From: Eledone cirrhosa
Lineage: Eukaryota
Assembly: GCA_964016885.1 (NCBI GenBank)
Contig: OZ024741.1
Coordinates: forward strand, 325,190,001 to 325,254,000
Reading direction: 5' to 3'
Length of the DNA stretch: 64,000 nucleotides
The notes under the pieces are model-generated. The model was not told where the DNA came from. It ran no database searches and saw nothing but the letters and a program-made list of their open reading frames with translations. Below are positions 1-12,776 of this stretch, one piece after another. The first letter of the stretch is position 1. Each line of letters begins with the position of its first letter. A program made the translations under genes and the position numbers.

Positions 1-947
1 TCCCCCAAAAAGGACTATTGCCCACACCCACCGCAAACAGTACACCAACACCACCCACCTCCAAAAATACACTAATACCACACACAGCAAACAAAATACA
101 GACACCACCAACCACAAGCACAACACAAACATCACCACCACCAAACACAAGCACGACACAAAAATCACCACCACCATCACCAACCAAAACACAAACATCA
201 CCCCCACCATTACCAACCACAAGCACGACACAAACATCACCACCACCACCACAAAACGCATTCCAAACAAATAATAAAAAAAACAGCAACAAATCTACCC
301 CTCCCGCAAAAAAAAACCAACCAGACACGACGTCCCTCCCACCTAGCGCTGAAGAGTTTCCCCCAACTTCTGAAGAAGGAGGAGAAGCCTTCAGACAAGT
401 TAAAAGAAAAAAAGAAAGCACACACCCAGCACACCACAAATAACCCACACACAAACACCAACTCCAATCAAAAACACCCACCCTCAACAAACAAAAATAA
501 ATCTGCGCCTCCCCTCTCCGAAACATTGACAGCATCACAAAAAAGACATTGCAATACACATATATAAATAAAGAAAACAAAAAACTGTTTAAATTAATAA
601 ACAATAGCCCTTTGGTGCAGACCGAAGGGCCAAACTTTATCTCAACAGAGAACTTCACCCATTTAAAAATGATAAAGGTCCCTCTGGACCTTTATCGTTC
701 CTTAAAAGAACAATTTAGACAGGACGTGAGCCCCCCCTGTTTAAAACCGTTAAATCGCGTCCTCTTGAAAGATTTCCCCATAACCTCCCCTCTCCCTGAC
801 ACAACTCCAAACACCCCAACCCCACCACACTCGGGTACCCCCACACCACCACAAAACATCCCTCCACCCAACACACCTGACGCCATGGAAATTACACAAC
901 CCGGAGAGGTAGGTGCTTTTCTTTCTTCACTTTCAACACCAAAATAG
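1..947 (+). pseudogene. Probable C-terminal part of ORF1 of the Tx1/L1 element (T/P/K-rich, disrupted)
   Basis: ORFs 18-443 and 549-947 are A/C-rich, low complexity, and sit directly upstream of ORF2. No diagnostic domain is visible. Confidence 0.55.
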
Positions 948-3900
948 ATCAATTGAGAGTTGGCTGTTTGAACGCGCGTGGCCTGGGCTCAGCTTGGAAG
1001 CAAGCAAAGCTACTAAGTGACCTCAGGTCACGAAATATAGATGTGATGGTTGTTTGCGAGAGTCGGATCAGCAGCGTGCGACAGCTGGCTCCCGCCTTCG
1101 ATGACTTTGAGATGCACGCATCTCTCTGTCAACCCGGAGGCGGGGGGGGGGGGAGTTGCCGTACTGCTGGATAAACGTCTGGCTCTCGACGTACAGATTG
1201 TTCACTCGGACCCGGGGGGTCGATTACTGGTGCTGGACGTCGGAGGCGGTGAAGGCGGGGCTTTCAGACTGGTCGGTCTTTATGCCCCCTTCAGGGCTGA
1301 AAGAGCCGACTTCTTCCAGCGTCTGGAGACTTTTCTAGGAACGTCGCGTTCCCTGCTTTTAGTGGGGGACTGGAATGGAATCCTAGATGCGCGTTGGGAC
1401 TATGCAGGGGCATGTCCCGATAGAGGGGGGTGTAGCAGCCTCAAGGGGTTACTCGATCGATTCGACCTGGTCGATAGATTTCGACTAGATTGTCCAACTG
1501 CGCCAACCTGGACCTGGGCAAACCGCAGTGGACATTCTAGATCCTACCTAGATAGGTTTTTGGTTAGGAGTAAGGATATGTCCAGAATTGATCATGGTTG
1601 GCTATTCAGATCACAAATTAGTGACCTGCGTGGTCAACCTTGATAGAACGCATAGACAGGGTCCCGGTTACTGGAAGATGAACTTGTCCTTGGCGGCAAA
1701 GAAAGATTACAGGAACCGGATTAGTAGCTTAGTTAAGATGCGGTTGACGGGAGCGATCGTCAACAGTAGGTGGTGGGTATCTCTAAAGAGAGAGATTAGA
1801 GTAAGTTCGATAGGTTACAGTAAGGAACTAGCGGCGAATAGAAATAGGAAGGAAAGGGAGTTAACAGATAAACTAGAAGAGGCGATTAGGAGCGGAGACG
1901 TAGCCAGAGTGTTAGCGGCGAGAACGGCGTTGAGCCAGTTCTTTGACGCGAAGCACGAAGGCTGCGTTGTCCGAAGTAAAATACGTGCTTTAGGAAACGA
2001 GGGGACCAAAGCTGTTAGCTGGGCCCGCGTGACAGAAGCCAAGAGTGGGATTAAATCCACCATTCGGTCTTTGCGAGACCAGGATGGACGGGTGATCCTT
2101 GAACCTGAGCGGATGTGCGAGGCCTTTCAAAGGCACTTTGCTCGACTGTTCGGAGGGGGCGGGGGGCCGGACGGGGATGTGGACTTCGGTCCATACCTCG
2201 ACGGTCTATCGCGTCTTTCGAGCGGCAAAACGGAGTGCTGCGAAAGGCAAATCACAGCCACTGAAATCGGGGAAGCGCTCAGCCAATGCAGCAGACGCAA
2301 ATCTCCGGGTCTCGATGGTCTACCATACGAACTTTATTTAGCTATGCCGGTCTTGTTCTCCGAACTCCTCGAGGCTGTCTATTGCAACTGGCAACAGAAC
2401 GGGAGAATTCCCTGTTCTGTGACCAAGGGCGTGGTCACGCTAGTGAGGAAGGACGAGAGCAAGGGGGACGACTTAAGTAACTTTAGGCCCATAACTCTTC
2501 TGAATGCAGAGTTACAGATTTTGGCCAAGGTGTTGGCGAAGAGGTTGGCGCTTGTGGTGGGTGGTTTGGTGGGAGACCCGCAGACATGCGCTATCCAGTC
2601 CAGGTCCATTCACGACAACCTCCACCTCATGCGATACATCATAGAGAGGGTTGGCAACGAACCCGGCTTTGGTGGGGCCCTGATCAACTTGGATCAATCT
2701 AAGGCGTTCGATAGGGTCGACCATGGTTACCTGGATGCGGTGCTAGCGGCGGCGGGCTTCGGACCCGTTTTCAGGGGCTGGATTTCTGCCATGCACAGTG
2801 GCAACATCTACTCTAGGATTAAAGTAAACGGCTACCTCTCGGAGCCGTTTCAAATCACCCGGTCCATCAGACAGGGGTGCCCCCTCGCCTCCCTTCTGTA
2901 CGTATTGACTCTCGAGCCACTGCTGCGGAAGTTGGAGTTGCTGCGGGGCATACCCCTGGAACCGGGATTGCACAAAGCGGTCTCGGCCTATGCCGACGAC
3001 GTAACAGTAATGGTGGCGGACGACTCGGAAATCGGGGCGATCGCCACCATACTGGAGGAATACGAAAGGCTGACGGGGGCTAGGCTGAACCGGGACAAGT
3101 CAGTCGGTTTGCAACTCGGAACGTGGAGGGGCAAACCGATGCCGTTAGACGGTGTCGTCGGGCGGTGGACGGAGGGCCCGGTGAAGCTGCTCGGGGTCTG
3201 GTTCGGACCGGACCTCCAGGTGGAGAAGAATTGGGGCGAGGTGACGAGCAGGGTGTTTGCGCCTTTCCAGAAGTGGGCCAAGTGCAAACTATCACTGAAA
3301 GGTCGGGCGGAGGTGACGAACGCTTACATAGCGTCCGTCATCTGCTACCGCCTGACCGTCGTGCCTTGCCCCAAGGAAAAGATCACCATCATGGAACGCA
3401 TGCTCTTCCAGTTCCTCTGGAAGAAGCGGCCTCCCATGGTGAGGAGATCGATCTGCTGCCAGCACCCTTCGAAAGGAGGGCTGGGTATGCCGTGGCTGTT
3501 GATGCGTAGGCACGCATTGAGGCTACGGCATCTACAGGTATTCCTCACCGGTAAGCCGGTGTGGGCCCCGTTTGTGAGGTGAGCCTTCCCACAGCTCGTC
3601 TCGCTCACCGAGCTGCAATCCTGGGTGAAGCAAAGACCGAGAAAACTGGGCAACTGGCACACCGAGTGTGCCCAGGCGCTCACGGCTATCTGGCAAGCAG
3701 ACCCGACTGTCAGTGGAGAATCCACCTCGACATTCTATAGAGGGCTGGTGGCTAGCAGGGGCGACGACACCCTTGGAGAGTCGCTAGGCATGGAGGAGGA
3801 CGAACTGACCAGCCTGTTCGGTAGAACGTTCGGCCCGGGACCCATGGACAACTTCCAGAGGTCCCTAGCCTGGCAGTGTTACCGGGGGGCTCTGCCCGTT

Positions 3901-4371
3901 CGAGAAAAGCTCTACAGACACGGGCGCCCGGGCAGGGATCCAGCGAAAAAGATCTGTCCCAGATGCGTGCGCGACGAGGAAACCGTTGCGCATGCACTAG
4001 TACACTGCCCGGGCGTTGCCGATCTGTGGGGCTACGTCGAACGACTGCTGTCGCGTGTGGCGCCGATTCGATTAACCGCCGAGTCTGTGGTGAACATCAA
4101 GCCGCCTCCTCCCTTCAGAAATGAAGCAGAGGCGGTCCTTCTGTGCGTAATAGCCATGATGAAAGAGGTTGTGTGGTGGATGCGCCTGAAAGGTCTGAGG
4201 TCGGGTGACTTTCTCTCCGGCCATCACCTGGTTTACTTCTTCCGATACCACTTCGGAAGAAGGATCAGAATGGAGAGAGAAGTGCTTGGCCCCAGACAGT
4301 TTTATGAAAGGTGGGTGAAAGAAGCGAGAATGGCTCGTGTAAATGGGCCTTCTCTCTACATTGTTCTGTAG
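944..4371 (+). pseudogene. ORF2: APE endonuclease + reverse transcriptase + CCHC finger; two frameshifts and one in-frame stop
   Basis: Endonuclease motifs CLNARGL, GDWNG, SYLDRF, SDHK. RT motifs SPGLDGLPYE, NFRPITLLN, LDQSKAFDRV, IRQGCPL, AYADDV. Finger CPRC..EETVAHALVHC. Frameshifts at the G-run ~1142-1153 and ~1590. TGA at 3580-3582 is in frame with ORF 3625-4371. Confidence 0.92.
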
Positions 4372-4602
4372 GTGAAGAAGTGAAGAGGAAAGGGGGAGCG
4401 CCTCCTCTCTGGGCTTCCCCCGCGAAAAGGGTTGCACACTTTTCGGGGGTATGTGCAATCCCCAACACGCCCCCTCCCTTTTGAGGACTTTTTATTATTA
4501 TATTATTATTGTTATTCCTTTTTTCTTTACTCGATTTATGTAAACTCCCCCACTGTGTATTTGTCCCCTTCTTTTGTGCCCTCGTGGCAAATAAATAGAA
4601 AT

Positions 4603-4640
<38 letters not shown>

Positions 4641-5174
4641 GTCATGATCAAACCGCCACCCTCCTTCAAAAACGAAGGAGAGGCGGTTTTCCTTTGTGTG
4701 ATAGCTATGGCGAAAGAGGTTGTATGGTGGACAAGGTTGAAAGGGCTGAGGTCAGACACCTTTCTCTCCGGCCAACAACTGATTCTTTTTTTCAAATACC
4801 ACTTTGGAAGAAGAATCAGGATGGAGAGAGAGGTGCTGTACCCCAGCAAGTTTTATGAAAGGTGGGTGAAAGTGGCGAGAATGGCCCGAGTGAATGGGCC
4901 TTCTCTCTATATCAGCCTGTAGATTGAGGAAAAGGAGGAGGAGAGGAAAGGAGTACAAGCTCTTCGTACTCCTGGAGATGAGGGTTGAACATTTTTTTCG
5001 GGGGTATGTGTTACCCATATAAACTGTCTCCCTCTATTGGGGAAAATCGACTAACTTTTAAATTCCATCTGTGATAACATTTTACACGTTTTTATTGTAT
5101 GTAAACTTCCCCCTTTGTATTTGTCCCCTTCTTTTGTGCCCCTGTGGCTAATAAAGAAATATATCTATCTATCT
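4641..5174 (+). mobile_element. 5'-truncated 3' fragment of a related Tx1/L1 copy
   Basis: ORF 4644-4922 is homologous to the ORF2 C-terminus (EAVFLCVIAMAKEVVWW..ERWVKVARMARVNGPSL). Same 3' end (gtggctaataaagaaat) plus (atct)n. Confidence 0.9.
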
Positions 5175-5477
5175 GGCTGAATGAAGCGAAAATGGCCCGA
5201 GTGATTGGGCCTTCTCTGTTTATAAGCCTGTAGGTTGAGGAAGAGAGCAAAAGGAAGAAAGGAGCACTTGCACAACACGCTCCTCGAGTTGAGGGTTGTT
5301 CTATCGACGGGGTATTAAACAACCCATTTGTGGCGCCTCCCCCCTATTGGGGATTTCGATTGTTGAAATTGTTTGTTTTTATATTTTTTACACGACTGTA
5401 TGTAAAATCCCCGGCATGTCTTTGTATTGTCCCCTTTCTTGTTGCGCCCTTGTGGCTAATAAAGAAATCTATCTATC

Positions 5478-5492
<15 letters not shown>
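5175..5492 (+). mobile_element. Third, shorter 3' fragment of the Tx1/L1 family
   Basis: gaagcgaaaatggcccgagtgattgggccttctc matches the ORF2 end. It ends gtggctaataaagaaat plus (ctat)n. Confidence 0.85.
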
Positions 5493-5508
<16 letters not shown>

Positions 5509-5536
5509 AGAGAGAGAAAGAAAGAAAGAAAGAGTT

Positions 5537-5965
5537 AGATAGATTGATAGATAGATAAATAGATGGATAGATAGTTATATAAATAGATAGATATATTTCT
5601 TTATTAGCCACAAGGGTTCACAAGAAAAGGGGACAAAACAAGGACACTGCCGGGGATTTTACATACAGTCGTGTAAAACTATTGAAACAAACAAATTTAA
5701 CAATCGAAATCCCAATAGGGGGGAGGCACCACAAATGGGTTGTTTAATACCCCGTCGATAGAACAACCCTCAACTTCAGGAGTGTATTGTGCAAGTGCTC
5801 CTTCCTTTTGCTCTCTTCTTCAACCTACAGGTTTATATATAGAGAAGGCCCAATCACTCGGGCCATTTTTGCAACATTCACTCACCTTTCAGTAAATTTA
5901 CTGGGGTGCAGTGCCTCTCTCTTCCACCCTGATCTCCTTCTAAAGTGGTACCTAAAGAAGGGGAT
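5537..5965 (-). mobile_element. Inverted 3' fragment of the Tx1/L1 family, closest to the 5175-5492 copy
   Basis: Its reverse complement matches 5185-5470 and extends further into ORF2. Flanked on both sides by (atag)n. Confidence 0.85.
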
Positions 5966-5973
5966 AGATAGAT

Positions 5974-6135
5974 AGGCGCAGACATGGCTGTGTGGTTAGA
6001 GACTTTTTCACAAGTACGTAGTTTCGGGTTCAAACTCATTTCGTGACACTTTGAGGAAGTGTCTTCAAACCATAGCCACGGTTTGAGCAATGCCTTGTGT
6101 TTGAAATTTAGTAAACGGAAACTGTATGGGTACCC
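5974..6135 (+). mobile_element. tRNA-derived SINE, decayed
   Basis: A-box-like tggctgtgtggtt and B-box-like gggttcaaactc, followed by a SINE-like body. Confidence 0.55.
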
Positions 6136-6499
6136 CTCATATATACATGGTTTTTAAAAAAATTAGATATCAAGGAGATATAAATATCCCAGACACTACA
6201 AAGTCTAGGACAACGAGACTGAGGGGCCAATTGTTGAGAAACAAGATTTATTACTCAAAATTTGTCAACATTATAACACTAATTCACAATATATAGTGGT
6301 AGTTTCTGGGATATTTACTCCCTCTATGTATGTATGTTCTTCTGGTTTTATAATTTCACAAATGTATGTATGTGTATGTATGTAGGTATGTTTCGGCATC
6401 CGGAGATTGGCACAGTATTTTCAAGGGCGGTGACCTAGCATGGACTCAGCCGAATGACTGGAACAGGTCAAAGAGATATTTATATTACACACACACACA

Positions 6500-6566
<67 letters not shown>

Positions 6567-6740
6567 AAATAACAGGAGGCTGGACTGGTGTAATTCCTTA
6601 AAAGGTTTATTATACTATGATCATTTCAATGACTGGGTTCAGTGATATCATGAGGTATTCGAAATATAACAAAGGAATATAATAGACAAAATTCATGGGG
6701 CTGAAAATCAGAGACATGAAGGCGACCGAAACCTAAATAA

Positions 6741-6778
<38 letters not shown>

Positions 6779-7069
6779 ATACTTGGGGAGGGTCATATTT
6801 GCGTAATATTGCCAGAATTAATAACAGAACACACTCACTGTTTGGTTGGTTTTCGCTTCTCGCTGTCTTTTATATCTGCGATCTAACTTACTCGGTCCTC
6901 AATGCTGCCATTGACTGACCGACGGTCAAAAATAATACAGATACAATATAGACACAAACACATATATATAGTTTACATAATTTACATAAATCTTTCGTTG
7001 CACATCTGCAACATCGTCAGTGGTGTTATATATATATATATTTTTTTCTCCTCCTGTTGTGTCGCTAAA

Positions 7070-7160
<91 letters not shown>

Positions 7161-7305
7161 ATAATAATAAATTTGAAGACTAAAATCCAAAGAGGGCTCG
7201 ATAAAGATAAATATATATCAAATATATAAGAACCGTAGAGCAAAGATCCCGTTAAGGGTGAAAGCAGCGATTCTTTGCTTAAACTTTAATCTGTTATTTT
7301 AATAA

Positions 7306-7682
<377 letters not shown>

Positions 7683-7869
7683 CGTATTGTTACCGTTATT
7701 ACTACTGTGGTCGCTGTGGTTAATGTTTCTATTATTATTATTATTGTGGTTGTTGTTGTTGTTCTGTCTATCGTTAGTATTATTACCATTATTACTATTT
7801 CTCACTCTCCTGCTATTGTTATTGTTATGGCTGTTATTTCTATACTCAGAGTTATTGTTTATATTACTA

Positions 7870-8590
7870 CTACCGTTATTATTGTTGTTGTTGTTGTTTA
7901 CTTTTGCATTCCAACGTATTTTTGTGAAACACTTTTCCAGCTCCGTTTTGCACTCAATAGGGTTAATCTTTTTGTAGATGGCAAATTTTGGTGGTAGCTG
8001 CCGGATTTGTTGTTCTTGTTTACTGATTAAAGTGTTCCCATAAATATTTACTGTGTGGTCATTGGTAAATTCTTCCGGTAGTTTTACATCAGTCATACGG
8101 ATATTGTTGATGTTATCTGGATATTTTTGAGAATATTCTATTTTCCTTTCTTGTAGTTTTTTCTTATTCATCCATTCTAATTTCTTATTGAAATGCCTAT
8201 TGCATTCGTTTCGGGCGTATTTCGTTTCACGTCGGATGACGCTCATGAAGTCATCCCTTTCGTTTGGTCTGGTGAGATTTTGGACTTCCTTACCGTTAAT
8301 GCGTTTCTGTCTGTAGAGTGCGTTGACTTTTGTGTATGTTGTTCTTTTCATATTAACTGTTATTGTGTGTTTTAGTCGTTCAGCTTGTGTTTTGTTCAAT
8401 AATAAATTATTTACTTGTTTTGATATGTTTGTTGTGTACAAGCTGAACGACTAAAACACACAATAACAGTTAATATGAACAGAACAACATACACAAAAGT
8501 CAACGAACTTTACAGACAGAAACGCATTAACGGTAAGGAAATCCAAAATCTCATCACACCAAACGAAAGGGATTACTTCATGAGCGACGA
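7870..8590 (-). pseudogene. N-terminal region fragment of a Penelope-like ORF with an inverted duplication
   Basis: The translation [39 protein letters not shown] resembles the pre-RT region of PLEs (compare LSAPERSLLSRGLRFIP in the intact PLE). Confidence 0.55.
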
Positions 8591-9007
8591 AAGACTTACA
8601 GAGTTTGCTGCAGAGACTGCAAACTAAATTCGTGTTTTCGACCTGACGGTAAAAATATCAATCACTGTTATTGGTCCCTTACCTTCCGGGGTCGTAAGAG
8701 TGCTATCATGGCATTTAAGGATGTCAACTTGGGTATTTAAACTCTCTCCAGGTTTAGCATACGGCGTATCTTGGGCATTTTTAAATTGGCAACTTCCATG
8801 TCTCCCTCTCCTGGTTTCACTATAGCTGATATTTCTTCTAGTGAGATAATGAGAGGGAGAGAGAGAAGGAGAGAAAGAGAGGGAGAGAAAGAGAGGGAGA
8901 GAAATAGAGGGAGAGAAATAGAGGGGGAGAAATAGAGGGAGAGAAAGAAAGAGAGATGGAGAAAAAGAGAGAGAAAGAAAGGGAAATAGAAAGAGAGAGA
9001 GAGAGAT

Positions 9008-9040
<33 letters not shown>

Positions 9041-9114
9041 AAGATATATATATATATATATAGAATAGAGAGAGAGAGAGAGGGAGAGGGAGAGAGAGAG
9101 AGAGAGAGAAGAAG

Positions 9115-9450
9115 CGACTCTAGTACTTTACTGGTACTTATTTTATCGACCGTGAAAGGAGGAAAAGCAAAGTTGGCCTTGATAGGATTTGAATTCCAAG
9201 CACAAAGAGCCGGTAAAAATACTGCAAAGCCTTCAGTTCAATACTCTGTTGACTCTGCCGTTTGCTACCGTCCTAATAATATAAATGATTTGTGATTTTG
9301 AAATAAAACCAGCAGTTTAATGGCTAGAGGAAAACCGATTATATTGCTTGTACTATATTTTATCGACTCCGGAATGATGAAAGTCAAAGTAGACCTCAAC
9401 AGGATTTGAACTCAGAAAGGCAGAATGCTGAAACGACTCTGTCTTTTTAT
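9115..9450 (-). mobile_element. Two decayed copies of the dominant tRNA-derived SINE
   Basis: actggtacttattttatcgac..gaaa..caaagt..ggatttgaactcag is the same core seen at 26963, 33293, 45262 and 46055. Confidence 0.7.
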
Positions 9451-9554
9451 CAGCTTAAACTATATATTATATATGTGTGTGTGTGTGTGTGTGCTTATCT
9501 GTTTGTGTGTTTGTTTGTGCGCGTGTTTGTGTGTTTGTTTGTGTGTCTGTGTGT

Positions 9555-9644
<90 letters not shown>

Positions 9645-10264
9645 CTATCAGTTTTAATACAAGCAAAACCTTTCAAACTTTGAGAGTGAGAGTAATAGGA
9701 TAATATTAATGGATGTTGAAGTGATGCTGGCGGCCATTTTCCTTGATTCGCTGTTTACAACTCAACACGGTGGTAAGTTGACAAATATTTCCATTAAGGC
9801 TATAGTAATAATCTTTGTAAATAATAGAATTATCTGCCCCCTTCGAGGGTACGGTAATTATATATAAATGAATTATATTGAAAATATAGGAGAAAATCAC
9901 ATAACGACAATGGGGAAAAAATATTTCCCCGGCCTGTCTTTTACGCAGAGGATAATACCGCCTGACTCAAACACAGGTTTATTGTTTCTTTGTCGTTTTT
10001 TTTTTGTAATGGAGATTATTTGGTGTTTTTGGAAGGGGAGTAAGGTTTATGTTAAAAACCCATTATCGACTTAGACGTAAGATATAAGGTGTGATTATAA
10101 CGCATATTTCAGATAGTTACAATGAAAAAAAACCCCAAATGCCTCCCCCCAAAACCAGGACATGCGGTCATTTTTTATAAGAAATCGGCATTTTTCTGAA
10201 TATATGCAGTATATAGTGAATACCAGAGGATGATAAGAATAGATCTAGTGATGAAAGTTCTTCT

Positions 10265-10540
10265 AGGGAAGAAACATGGAATGAGATGGCTGGGTTATGT
10301 GCTGAGGAAGGATGAAAATGATTGGGTGAGAGGAGTGATGAAAATAAAGCCAGTGATGAATGTTGTGAAGAGATATTAAATGAGATGGTTGGAACGTGTT
10401 GAGGAAGCATGAAAGGGACTGTGGGAAGTGAGTGATAGAAACAGAGCCAATGACAAATGTGAAGAGAAAAGGAATGAGATGGTTGGGTCATATGTTGAGG
10501 AGAGATGAAGGTGACTAGGTGAGATGAGTGATGAGAATAT
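10265..10540 (+). mobile_element. Decayed RTE-type LINE fragment near the ORF 3' end, internally duplicated
   Basis: Translations MRWLGYVLRKDENDWV and MRWLGHMLRRDEGD resemble the RTE LRWFGHVxR motif. Confidence 0.55.
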
Positions 10541-10776
10541 TTTGAGTTTCACTTCAATTTTATTATTAATCGGATAATTAATCCATAAGTCAACTGTTTA
10601 TTAATCAACTAATTCATTAATTGTCGAAGTGCTTTCGTAACAACCTGCGACTTTATCGACGACTTTTCCCTTTATATCTCATCTTCATCGGACAGAATTG
10701 CGAATGCGTTACCACCCCAGAGGATAGAGAGAGATACTTTGAAAGAGCCAGTCTACTTTTCTCTTTTGAATGTGTG

Positions 10777-10887
<111 letters not shown>

Positions 10888-11520
10888 ATGTCTCTTAACC
10901 TAATGGTTCTACTAATGGAAATCGATAAACAAACACCAAACTTTGAAATAGGTACTATGATCGACTAAAAACTCTTCATGGCGGTGCCATCATAGTTCAG
11001 TCATTGTAAGTATTATAATCTCGGTAATTGTTCTTCTATCTTTTGTGTGGCTGTGTCTTGGTGTGATATTGGATCGGACGGAGGTTGCATGATGTGATCT
11101 AAGAGAACACCGACACATGATCTAGGTCACAGTACGGACTGACTGGTGCTCTTATCGTGGTTGGTAGGGATGGGTTTGTCTTTGAATCTAGCCTTGAAAG
11201 CTATTGTAACAAAAGACCCCTCTGCCTACCACACATAAAGCAGTTCCTGTGTGTACCGGTAGGTGCACCGATGTGTGTATATATAAATGTGTGTGCATAT
11301 CTGTGGGAGTCTGTCTATAGCAATATGTGTGTATATGTGTGTGTGTACATGTGTATGTATGTACGTGTATATATGTGTATATATATATATATGTGTATGT
11401 CTGTATATTTATGTGTGTATGTAATGTATGTATTCACAGGCATTGCCCGATAGAATTAATTAATAATTACTAATAACGGTATATCGTGCAATGGCCATAC
11501 TCGATAACGAGGGTGCAGCC

Positions 11521-11572
<52 letters not shown>

Positions 11573-11574
<2 letters not shown>

Positions 11575-11829
11575 TAGTTCCACAACAGTTAGTTCACCAT
11601 ACCGAGAACAAATGTTTCCCGCTGTAATTTACGAAGCTGTGGTCACTTCTAACCAACCAAATCAGCAACAAGAGGTTAAATCCTATGTAGGTATGGCGGA
11701 GGGCCGGTTTACGTTTACGAAACATTTATTCTCGGTATGGTGAACTAACTGTTGTGGAACTACTTCTACCAAACTCGTCCCATGGACTGAGTCCTCTACT
11801 ACTACGGATATAACTCTCTAGTATTCTAC

Positions 11830-11830
<1 letters not shown>
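11573..11830 (+). mobile_element. PLE GIY-YIG fragment enclosed by a 45-bp inverted repeat
   Basis: AVIYEAVVTS..KSYVGMAEGRF at 11620-11710. Arms at 11573-11617 and 11721-11765. Confidence 0.65.
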
Positions 11831-11886
<56 letters not shown>

Positions 11887-11887
11887 T

Positions 11888-12534
<647 letters not shown>

Positions 12535-12589
12535 TCGGTTTCAACACACGTTTTCAGATAAAGGATCTTGCTAAACAAATTCAGAAACG

Positions 12590-12656
<67 letters not shown>

Positions 12657-12742
12657 GAAAAATTGAACAGGGACAGAACAGAGAGGCAGTACGATAAATG
12701 TTTATTAAATTCACGCTCAGGAGAGTGGGGGGTAGGTGGAGG

Positions 12743-12776
12743 ACGACGTTTCGGGCATAAGCCCTTCTTCAGGTGA
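12743..12776 (-). ncRNA. Minimal hammerhead ribozyme motif at the PLE 3' end
   Basis: Minus strand CTGAAGA-a-gggc ttat gccc-GAAA-cg-TC with palindromic acgt stem III. Stem I is weak. Confidence 0.7.

Larger units (their letters stand above)
1..4640 (+). mobile_element. L1/Tx1-clade non-LTR retrotransposon, near full length (5' end lies outside the window), (TCTA)n tail
   Basis: Low-complexity ORF1-like region, then APE endonuclease, RT and C-terminal CCHC finger. The 3' UTR ends gtggcaaataaatagaaat followed by (tatc)n. Confidence 0.9.

Noticed and set aside
8670-8850. Possible LINE 3' fragment on the minus strand
   Set aside because: Too short and decayed to assign.
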